In this document: piece by piece, positions 29,678-37,872 of the stretch
Layout: each line of letters opens with the position of its first letter
Position numbering within the stretch: the first letter of the stretch is position 1
NCBI GenBank assembly: GCA_008080735.1
Contig: SHMW01000010.1
Location: 1-64,000 of the forward strand
Direction of reading: 5' to 3'
Source of the DNA: Promethearchaeota archaeon
GTDB lineage: Archaea > Asgardarchaeota > Lokiarchaeia > Sigyniarchaeales > SOKP01
DNA: 64,000 nt
The notes under the pieces: model-generated
What the model saw: only the letters and a program-made list of their open reading frames with translations
What the model was told of the DNA's origin: nothing
The model's database searches: none
Program-made: the position numbers and the translations under genes

Positions 29678-30838
29678 TTACTCACTCTTAAAATATTTTT
29701 TGTAGATTAGGTAAAAAAGCAGACCGATAATAAATCCTATGGTGATATTGAGAAAAAAACATCCTAAAGCTGAGATGATAATTAGGGGAATGGTTTTCCA
29801 ATCCTCAATCTTTTTTAGGGCTACTTTTCCTAATGTAAATGAGGTAAAAATTAGCATCGCGCCTAAAATTCCTTCAGGAAAATAAATAAATATGGTAAAT
29901 AATAAATCTGAGAAAAAGAGTCCCAACACTAATTCAATAGTGCCTTCGAAAATCATTGAGCCCCCCGTTCTCGCACCGAAAGCATATTGTGCTGCCAATC
30001 CCCCAGATCCATGACATAATGGCATTCCTCCGAAGAATGGACTTACAAGATTAATCACTCCCATATTGGAGGCCAAGTTATTAGAATTAATATCACTTTT
30101 CACTTCTGGAAATAATTCTTTTATTAATGCAATCGTAGCGATCATAACATTGGTTAGCGTGAGTATTAATTGACCGATTCCGGCTACTAAAAACCCAATA
30201 ATAATGTTTTCTATCGTTGGTAAATGAAATGGGATGTGAGGGATATTAAAGGCTAAGACATCTATGGTTAGTATCCCCGAGAAAATCATAATGCATACCC
30301 CTAGAATCACTAAAAATATTGCTGTAGGGACTTTCTCCCAGCGAATGAATAGAATAATGATGATAAGAGCGATTGTTCCTATGATATAATCATTTATAAA
30401 TAAGAGTAGAGCAGACCAGCCTAAAATAAAAGATAATCCAAGTTGAATTCCCCGTACAGATAATTTTGGGACTTTTTTAGTAATTTTATCAAGAATCTTG
30501 GTAGCTCCAAGAATGAACCAGACAATTCCCGTGGAAAATCCTGTAGAAATAACTTTGTTTGGAGTCCATTTTTGAGAAAGTGCGATTGTACCAATCGTTT
30601 TTTGTGGTTGGACGGGTAATGGGAGATTATAACGTATCCCTAATACTATATTGGTTAACCCTAAACATAAGAAAATGCCAGCGGGGTTTAACTTAACTAA
30701 CGAAACATACCCGATTAAGAACGGGACTAAAGTTCCCCAATCTCCAAATGCCCCACTTAGCTCGTTTAATGAAAATTTTCTCGCTGCTTTTTCTTTGAAA
30801 TTTTCGATTTCAGAAATATATCTCACCTCGATTATCAA
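29678..30838 (-). CDS. Molybdate transporter MOT1-family (sulfate/molybdate) permease
   Basis: ELSGAFGDWGT, PLPVQPQK, MPLCHGSGGLAAQYAFGARTG. Confidence 0.85.
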   Translation of the reverse strand: MIIEVRYISEIENFKEKAARKFSLNELSGAFGDWGTLVPFLIGYVSLVKLNPAGIFLCLGLTNIVLGIRYNLPLPVQPQKTIGTIALSQKWTPNKVISTGFSTGIVWFILGATKILDKITKKVPKLSVRGIQLGLSFILGWSALLLFINDYIIGTIALIIIILFIRWEKVPTAIFLVILGVCIMIFSGILTIDVLAFNIPHIPFHLPTIENIIIGFLVAGIGQLILTLTNVMIATIALIKELFPEVKSDINSNNLASNMGVINLVSPFFGGMPLCHGSGGLAAQYAFGARTGGSMIFEGTIELVLGLFFSDLLFTIFIYFPEGILGAMLIFTSFTLGKVALKKIEDWKTIPLIIISALGCFFLNITIGFIIGLLFYLIYKKYFKSE

Positions 30839-30884
30839 AGAATCGTACTTATAATATAAAGAGCTTTAGATTATTTTTTATTTA

Positions 30885-32009
30885 TTACTTATCTATATGT
30901 TTATCCCAAATGAGTTCAAATAGAGCGCCTTTATCGTTTTTGCTATAGATAATTTTACCTCCATATCTATCCATTATTTTTTCAATGATGGTAAGACCTT
31001 TTAATTTTCTATTCTGTGTGGGGTTTTGGAAATGTGATTTAACAATCTCTTCTGGTAGGCCAGGACCGAAATCTTGTATTTTAATCGTTGCAGAATTATC
31101 ATCTTCACATAGGGAAATATCTATCTTTTTGGTATTTGTGTGCTTAAACGCATTCCTAATTAATTCTTTGAGAAGCAAGTCCAAATAATCATCAGCTAAG
31201 ACATTACAGGTGCCTTCAATTTCAATTGGTTGAGAGTATTCTTTTTTTATCTGTTCAATGATGTTTCTTGGATTAATCTCTCTCAAAGAACTTTCCCTTG
31301 TGAAAAGTTCTTTTAATTCTTCAATATGTTCAATAGAATCTAAAATACTTTGAATATGTGGCATTAGAGTTTCTATTATTTCATTAGATAATTCTGAATC
31401 TTCTTGTTTCATTTGTAAAAAACCGTAAATAAACGTGAGGTTGTTGGCAATTTCATGTCGAACGGTACTAGTTAATAATTTAAGGTTGTCTCGTTGTTCT
31501 TTGATTTTTTCCTGAGCTCTTCTTAGTGTCTCATTGTTAAATATGAGTTCAAGGTGAGCATCCACAGCTACTTTCATCTCTTTCATTAGATTTTTCTTTT
31601 TCTCTGAGAAATTGCGCTCTTTCTTGTCGAGCACACAGATTGTTCCGAAAACGTCGCCCGTCGGCCATTCCAGAGGAAATCCTAAGTAGGAGATTAATTT
31701 ATTTTCTTCCAATCCCGGTTTGTTTTTATGAATGGGATCCTTATAGGCATTAGGTACTTCATGCATTTTTTTTCTCTTTATAGTAATTTCACAGTATTTA
31801 TCAAAAATTGTCTCTTTATAATTCTTAGGTATTGGATTTCCCTCGTTCTCGCTTGTTATAATTGCCTCAAGATATGGATCTTCATATTTCATGATGATTG
31901 CCGCGGGGACACCCATTAATTGGGCTAAAGCATTGACTAATCTTTGCCATTTATCCATTATTGATTGCGGCAAATCTAGGTCACTAACTAACATTTGAGT
32001 TTTCCCCAT
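30885..32009 (-). CDS. GAF-domain sensor histidine kinase
   Basis: SYLGFPL..GTICVLD (GAF), RHEIAN (H-box), ELIRNAFKH, DFGPG. Confidence 0.85.
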   Translation of the reverse strand: MGKTQMLVSDLDLPQSIMDKWQRLVNALAQLMGVPAAIIMKYEDPYLEAIITSENEGNPIPKNYKETIFDKYCEITIKRKKMHEVPNAYKDPIHKNKPGLEENKLISYLGFPLEWPTGDVFGTICVLDKKERNFSEKKKNLMKEMKVAVDAHLELIFNNETLRRAQEKIKEQRDNLKLLTSTVRHEIANNLTFIYGFLQMKQEDSELSNEIIETLMPHIQSILDSIEHIEELKELFTRESSLREINPRNIIEQIKKEYSQPIEIEGTCNVLADDYLDLLLKELIRNAFKHTNTKKIDISLCEDDNSATIKIQDFGPGLPEEIVKSHFQNPTQNRKLKGLTIIEKIMDRYGGKIIYSKNDKGALFELIWDKHIDK

Positions 32010-32231
32010 ACTAGATTAATTAAACTAATTATTTTTAAATTCTGTTCTTAATAGATTTAATAGTCTATATTAATATATTGAGATATATTCTATATTCAGA
32101 AAAATAAAAGAAAATAATAGTACGAATCTATTTTTAGGTTCCAGAATTTAGGTTAAAATCCCTTAAGGGATGAGTTTTCTCGCATTTTCGATGATAAAAT
32201 TAAGGTAAAATATTTCCAGTAATTTCTTACT

Positions 32232-32390
32232 TCATAAACTCTCATATAATTCTGATGGTTTCCCACCGCACCCAAAGGTAAAAGACAAAAATTTTCTCTT
32301 TTTTTCACACTGGGGGCAGTAATAATTTCCCGATTCCTCTTTATCATCAAATGTAAATCCACATTCTTCGCAGATCACATAGCTTTTCAT
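32232..32390 (-). CDS. Small zinc-ribbon protein (52 aa), not in ORF track
   Basis: MKSYVICEECGFTFDDKEESGNYYCPQCEKK... Confidence 0.7.
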   Translation of the reverse strand: MKSYVICEECGFTFDDKEESGNYYCPQCEKKRKFLSFTFGCGGKPSELYESL

Positions 32391-32547
32391 ATCCAATTTA
32401 TGCTAAATAGATTATTAAAAACCAGAGGTTATAATCCCTTAATAATTGGAATGACCTTGAGATAATAGATAATAAAAAATTCATATTATACTATTTTCTA
32501 AAAATTGAGAAATAAAAAGTGTTAGGACAAAATCCGTGAGAATTGAG

Positions 32548-32679
32548 TTAGGATTCTGATTCTTTTTCAGACTCCATCTTAAAGAATTCGGTGTATTTCC
32601 CACAATTAGCGCAGTAATACTTTCCTGGTTCATCTTCATCATCGATCGCGGTTCCGCATGATCTACAAATAACAGTCAT
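32548..32679 (-). CDS. Small zinc-ribbon protein (43 aa), paralog of 32232..32390, not in ORF track
   Basis: MTVICRSCGTAIDDEDEPGKYYCANCGKYTEFF... Confidence 0.7.
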   Translation of the reverse strand: MTVICRSCGTAIDDEDEPGKYYCANCGKYTEFFKMESEKESES

Positions 32680-32743
32680 AAATTAATTTAGGATAATGGG
32701 ATATATTAATGTTTACTCCATTTCAAACTGTTCCTTTTATCAT

Positions 32744-33376
32744 TTAAATGATACAAATTGGATCAGTCAAAAATCCGTCTCCCATTGGGATACTGTCAAA
32801 GATAGCTCTTGCGTAATTGGAAGAGTATCTATATGCGCAAAAGTCCCCTATGAAAGTTCCGCGTAAACCATAATGAAGATGAGAGCCATCATTTGCATAT
32901 AGCAAATCTGCAATTGGGTCACCTATATTCACACGTTGAAGTATAGATACTTTAATGGCGTTTCGTTGTAAAGTGTTATTATAGGTATCATCGCCGTTAA
33001 AATTAGGTTCTATACATAATTCGACTGCCCATCCCCAATTTATAAGAATACTTACACTGAATAATATATTAGAATTTTCTGAATGAGGATTTTTATGTTC
33101 TGTTATACCCATAACGGTGCCTTTCACGGGTGAGATTATAGTCACTGTATCATTAATAACGAGATCAATTCCATTATGGTGTGTTCCAGGACCGCTCCAA
33201 TCTGGTACTCCATAAGGACGAATATGGTCAATTTTCCCAGATTCTTCAATTGGAAATTCTAATGATGGATCGAACGGTATTGGGGAAACGCCTATAAGTA
33301 GGATCGCAGTAACGAATAATGAAAGGAGAAGAATGGGAATAAAGACCAATAACTTTTTCTTTTTGGTCCAATTCAT
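32744..33376 (-). CDS. Membrane-anchored M23-like metallopeptidase
   Basis: N-terminal KKKK + hydrophobic helix; HNGIDL, SPVKGTV, QRVNIGDPIA, HLHY. Confidence 0.75.
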   Translation of the reverse strand: MNWTKKKKLLVFIPILLLSLFVTAILLIGVSPIPFDPSLEFPIEESGKIDHIRPYGVPDWSGPGTHHNGIDLVINDTVTIISPVKGTVMGITEHKNPHSENSNILFSVSILINWGWAVELCIEPNFNGDDTYNNTLQRNAIKVSILQRVNIGDPIADLLYANDGSHLHYGLRGTFIGDFCAYRYSSNYARAIFDSIPMGDGFLTDPICII

Positions 33377-33501
33377 TTTTTCATGATTATAAAACTATAA
33401 AATATTATTTAAGTAAAAAATGTATGATTTTGATAATAAATTTTTTCTCAACATTAATCATCGAACTATTAAGAGAGGATATGAAATAAAAAATGAAAGG
33501 G

Positions 33502-33571
33502 TTCCCATAACCCGCGCGAGGCAGTCATCAAATGTCTCATTTTTTTACATTTGACTCATCCAAAATGGGAA
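33502..33571 (-). promoter_or_regulatory. Eukaryote-like SECIS element in 3' UTR of selenoprotein 33575..34066
   Basis: UUCCCAU..AUGAG-UCAAAUGU-AAAAAAAUGAG-ACAUUUGA-UGAC..AUGGGAA: AUGA/GA quartet, 8-bp helix, A-rich loop, outer stem. Confidence 0.85.
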
Positions 33572-33574
33572 ATT

Positions 33575-34066
33575 TTAACAATATTGTTTAATTGCGTTGA
33601 GAATAGTCTCGATATCTGGTCTGTCCGTCTTAGTTTCAGCAATATATTTCCACATAATTTTTCCCGAGTTGTTAATTAAAAATTTAGACGGTATAGCTTG
33701 CTTAGATTTAATATTTGTTTCTGCTATATTTTCATATATCTCAATATCGAATTTTTCTGCAATTTCTGCGTTCTTATCTGAGATTTGTGAAAAATGTAGG
33801 TTGTTCTGCTCTTGATATTCCCGCATATGGTTTTCACTGTCCGATGATATTGAAATAAGTTTAACATTGTATTTTCGGATTTTTTCTAGGTTCTTATTTA
33901 AGAGAATAGAATGCTGTTTTCAATGACCTCACCAAGTCCCTCGGAAGAAATCGATAAGTAATCAACTATAATTATCTATTATCTCTGATAAATCAATTAT
34001 ATTTCCGAGAATGTCTGTAATCTTAAAGTATGGTGCGTTTTTTCCAACCATAAGTCCTTCATTCAT
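33575..34066 (-). CDS. Peroxiredoxin-like (AhpC/TSA) selenoprotein, UxxU motif, with a third in-frame TGA at codon 35
   Basis: MNEGLMVGKNAPYFKITD..NYS*LLIDFFRGTW-U46-GH-U49-KQH..LISISSD..AIPSKFLI..DRP; TGA at 33964, 33931, 33922; SECIS follows the TAA stop. Confidence 0.8.
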
Positions 34067-34282
34067 AATTTAGGCACTGTGATTATATTATTGAAGTATA
34101 GGTGTTTAAACAATCATCTTAAATGTATTATAAATAATAAATTATGACCAATATCTAAAAACAAATTTATAATGTTTTTTTATTGTATTTTGAATTGTAC
34201 ATTTTTTTCAGCTTTTCTCCCCAAAAGTATGATCATGCCGAATTTTTAAAAGCTTAAAAAAATAAGAGAAAAGAGTCTAAAT

Positions 34283-34351
34283 ACCAGAACCTGGACAAAA
34301 GGTCGTCAACAAATGCCTCATTTTTTCTGCATCTGTATCATTCTCTCTGGT
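34283..34351 (-). promoter_or_regulatory. Eukaryote-like SECIS element in 3' UTR of selenoprotein 34353..34868
   Basis: ACCAGA..AUGAU-ACAGAUGC-AGAAAAAAUGAG-GCAUUUGU-UGAC..UCUGGU. Confidence 0.85.
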
Positions 34352-34352
34352 T

Positions 34353-34868
34353 TTATAATTTTTTATCAATTTGCTCTGTTAGCAACTTGATTGAGGGCCT
34401 ATCTTCCCTTGTACCAATATATCTCCATGCAATTTTCATTTCCTTTCCAATTAGAAAGGTGGAGGGAATCGCTAATTTAGTCTTAAGATAGATTATATCT
34501 ATGGCGCTTCCAAAGGTATACACATCAAATTTCTTCGCAATCCTCGCTCCTCTGTCAGAAACTAAAGGAAATGTATATCCAAACTTACCGGATAATTCTT
34601 TTAAATGGTTTTTACTATCACTGGCAATTGCTATAAAGAACACCTTTCGTTTTTGAAATTCAGTTATATTTTTATTAATTCTCTCTAAATGTTCTTTGCA
34701 TGGAACTCAAAATGCGCCTCTAAAGAAATCTAATAGGATACCCCCAGAATCCTTCAAAACTTTTGTAAAATCTAAAATATTTTCGTTGATATCTACCAGC
34801 TGGTCAATAGGGATTTGAGATCCCACTTTTAATCCTTTATCAGAATCTTTATGCTCAATATCATTCAT
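34353..34868 (-). CDS. Peroxiredoxin-like (AhpC/TSA) selenoprotein, UxxC motif
   Basis: MNDIEHKDSDKGLKVGSQIP..GGILLDFFRGAF-U54-VPCKEH..IAIASD..FPLVSD..AIPSTFLI..DRP; single TGA at 34709-34707; SECIS follows. Confidence 0.9.
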
Positions 34869-35313
34869 ACAAAAAGAGATCATGTGGAATGATTTATTTA
34901 TTCCTTTTTTAAAAAATAACTTAATTATATTGACAGTGATCAGGAAGATAATTCTTATATATTGATGAGAAACCCTTGCAAGGTGGTCAACATAAATCTA
35001 TAATTTGTATTTATGTCTCATTCCGTTAAAATGCACAGTATATAGTTTTTATCATTTGAAGCTAAAGACCATAAAATATTGGATTGATTTTCACAAAGGG
35101 CAATAATGATAACCGTTGGTCTTCTTATCCAAATGTAATATTTTTCCGCATTTTTGACAAATTATCATATATTCTCTAAGAGTGTAAGCTTTTATTCTAA
35201 ATTAAAAATAAGTTCTATATTTTAAAATATCGATAATTTTATTATCCAAAATAAATAAATGTTGATTAATCCAAATTTTTTTCGAAAATATAACTAGAAT
35301 CTTCTTGATCAAA

Positions 35314-36357
35314 ATGGAATTTGTCCGATATAATGAAGAGAAATATACAGTTGAAAAAGGATTCTTAGATTTAGGTCTGTTAGGTATAAAAAACTTACGA
35401 GAAGTCAAAGGACTAAACAAATTAAAAGATATTTACCACTTGGAATTGAGCTCTAATGAAATTTCTTGTATTGATGGTTTAGAGGAACTCACCTCATTAG
35501 AAGTTTTAAACTTAGGGAGCAATTCGATCCTAGAAATATCAGGATTAGAGAGTTTAGAAAATTTGGAAGTATTGCATCTAATTAGTAATCAGATCGCAGA
35601 AATTAAAGGATTAGAAAATCTAAGAAATCTAAAAGAACTCTATTTGCGAGGAAATCAAATTAAGAAAATAATGGGATTAGAAAGTCTAAATAAATTGGAA
35701 AAATTAGACCTTTCTTGGAATCTTATCAAATCGATAGAAGGATTAGAAAATTTACAGAATTTACAAGTCCTCTGGATAGCAGGAAATATAGTCACTCAAA
35801 TTTCTGGATTAGAACATTTGAGTTCTTTGAAAATCTTAAATTTAGCGGGAAATCAAATACAAAAAATAACGAGTTTGGATAATCTGGAAGAAATAGAAGA
35901 GCTTTATCTAAATAACAATCGGATAAAAAAAATTGAAGGTATGGGGACTCTGAAAAACCTTGAATCACTATGGCTAAATGGAAATAAAATAAGCAAGATT
36001 GAAGGATTGGATAATCTTTCAAATCTAAAACTGTTAAATCTTAAAGAAAACAACTTACCAAGAATTACTGGGTTATTAAAACAAAAAAATTTGAAAGAAC
36101 TTTATTTATCTGGAAATGAGATAGGACATATTTCCGGACTTGAAACTTTAACTAATTTAGAAACGCTCGATCTAAACGATAACAATATAAAGAAAATTAA
36201 TGGCTTAGAAGCTCTAATGAATTTAAATTCCTTATGGATTAAAGGGAACCAACTACCTGAAGATGTATTAGAAAAATTAGGGGGCATAGATTCGTCTGGA
36301 TTTGCGAATGATCCTATTAAATTTGTAGAATATTGTCTAATCAATATTTCCCAATAA
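35314..36357 (+). CDS. SDS22-type leucine-rich repeat protein
   Basis: About 12 22-aa repeats LxxLxLxxNxIxxIxGLExLxx; ATG 35314 (track start TTG 35305). Confidence 0.9.
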   Translation: MEFVRYNEEKYTVEKGFLDLGLLGIKNLREVKGLNKLKDIYHLELSSNEISCIDGLEELTSLEVLNLGSNSILEISGLESLENLEVLHLISNQIAEIKGLENLRNLKELYLRGNQIKKIMGLESLNKLEKLDLSWNLIKSIEGLENLQNLQVLWIAGNIVTQISGLEHLSSLKILNLAGNQIQKITSLDNLEEIEELYLNNNRIKKIEGMGTLKNLESLWLNGNKISKIEGLDNLSNLKLLNLKENNLPRITGLLKQKNLKELYLSGNEIGHISGLETLTNLETLDLNDNNIKKINGLEALMNLNSLWIKGNQLPEDVLEKLGGIDSSGFANDPIKFVEYCLINISQ

Positions 36358-36388
36358 AAAGTAGTAAAAAAAAATGAAAATGATATCT

Positions 36389-37666
36389 TTATTTATCTCT
36401 TTCTTCTTGGATCTCTTCTAAAGTTTGTCCTTTAGTTTCATAAGGTTTTAGGAGTAGAGTAAATAGAGGAACAATCATTAATAAGCCCGGAACTATCCAA
36501 AATATATTCATTTGAGGATTCAGTATGAACAAAGCTGAAGCACTTAATGGAGCGATAACATAAGAAATTCGAGCCCCAGTTGCAGCTATTCCTGTCGCCG
36601 TGGATCTTATCTCTGTTCTATAAACTTCTGCGAAATAAACCATTATCCAAGTAAACACTACGGGCATAAATAAATAACACATCCAGAAAGCCAGAAAATG
36701 TCCAATTGTTCCCATTAAGATAAAGCCTGTAATTGAACCAACACACCCAATAATTAAGGTAGCTTTCCTTGATACTTTATCCATTAAAACTCCTGAAATT
36801 AATGCTCCTACTAAAATCAACAGCCCCCCCACCAATAAAATGGTTTTCCATTCTAACGGCATGGTAGTATTAACCTTTGTATAGTATGTCTCACCCCAGC
36901 TTGTACCGAATTTAAATGCAATTGCCCAGATTCCATAAACAATTGTAGAAATCACGATATAAAGCCCATCCCTTCTTGTAAGAGATTTAAGAGCTCTTTT
37001 AATCTTCATAAGTTCATGACCCCTATCTTCCTTACTCTGAGACCATCTTTTTGGTTCTTTCATGAAATACCACATGACCAGTAATCCCAGCATAAAAAAG
37101 AAGAAGACACCGTATGTCCATCTCCAACCCAAAGCTGCTTCAATATCTTCTCCAATAAGTGCATAAAGCGGAATTAAACTGATCAGAGTTGCGATACCAC
37201 CTAATAAACCACGCTTTTTAGGATTAGCTTCTTCGGATACAGGTATCTCCCACATATTAGAGAGAGTCCCAGTAATAACGATTGCATATAAGATATAAAA
37301 TATCAGCAAATTTATAGCAATAAGAGGCAACAACAGCGAGGGAATACCCATCACTATTAACAACAATAATATCCCCTTTTTTCTTCCAAATGCATCCGAA
37401 AACCATGCAATGAGAAAAACTGAGAATGTTATAATTCCAAAGATCCCTTGCCAAAAGGCAAATTCAGCCTCTGTTATTCCGAACTCATCTATTATACCAG
37501 CAATCGCAACGGCTTCCATTAAGTTTAAATTATTATCCATAAGTCCAACTAATCCCATAAAAATAACGATGTACCATTGATATTTGCTCGAACGTTGAAA
37601 TTCTTTGTCTTTTTGTTCCATCTCTTTTTTCTTTGCTAAAGCATCAATTTTTCCAATTTCAGACAT
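36389..37666 (-). CDS. MFS transporter
   Basis: SDAFGRKK, about 12 TM, AEVYRTEIRSTA, ETKGQTLEEI. Confidence 0.9.
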   Translation of the reverse strand: MSEIGKIDALAKKKEMEQKDKEFQRSSKYQWYIVIFMGLVGLMDNNLNLMEAVAIAGIIDEFGITEAEFAFWQGIFGIITFSVFLIAWFSDAFGRKKGILLLLIVMGIPSLLLPLIAINLLIFYILYAIVITGTLSNMWEIPVSEEANPKKRGLLGGIATLISLIPLYALIGEDIEAALGWRWTYGVFFFFMLGLLVMWYFMKEPKRWSQSKEDRGHELMKIKRALKSLTRRDGLYIVISTIVYGIWAIAFKFGTSWGETYYTKVNTTMPLEWKTILLVGGLLILVGALISGVLMDKVSRKATLIIGCVGSITGFILMGTIGHFLAFWMCYLFMPVVFTWIMVYFAEVYRTEIRSTATGIAATGARISYVIAPLSASALFILNPQMNIFWIVPGLLMIVPLFTLLLKPYETKGQTLEEIQEERDK

Positions 37667-37872
37667 AGATTTGATCTATCTAACTTTTATTTTTCAATTA
37701 TGAATTTTTCAACATTAGTATTTATAAGTTTTTTCTTTCAGATGTGTTATCAAATTTCTCTTAATAAATATTTCCTATCGAAAAAAATCTGTAGATTAAA
37801 ATAATTTAATTTCATCTTAGATTTATTAAATTTAAGAAAAAAAAAATTAGTATAAATTTTTAAATATTTTTA

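Noticed and set aside
10444-32009. Region as a discrete mobile element or provirus
   Set aside because: No integrase, transposase, tRNA attachment site, terminal repeats or viral genes seen
32232-32234. TGA ending the zinc-ribbon gene as possible Sec
   Set aside because: Not at a Cys-motif position, and no AUGA/GA hairpin seen downstream
32153-32362. Track ORF 32153..32362
   Set aside because: Overlaps the zinc-ribbon gene 32232..32390 in another frame, which has a paralog next door
35314-36357. 66-bp periodicity as CRISPR or DNA tandem repeat
   Set aside because: Explained by the protein's 22-aa leucine-rich repeats
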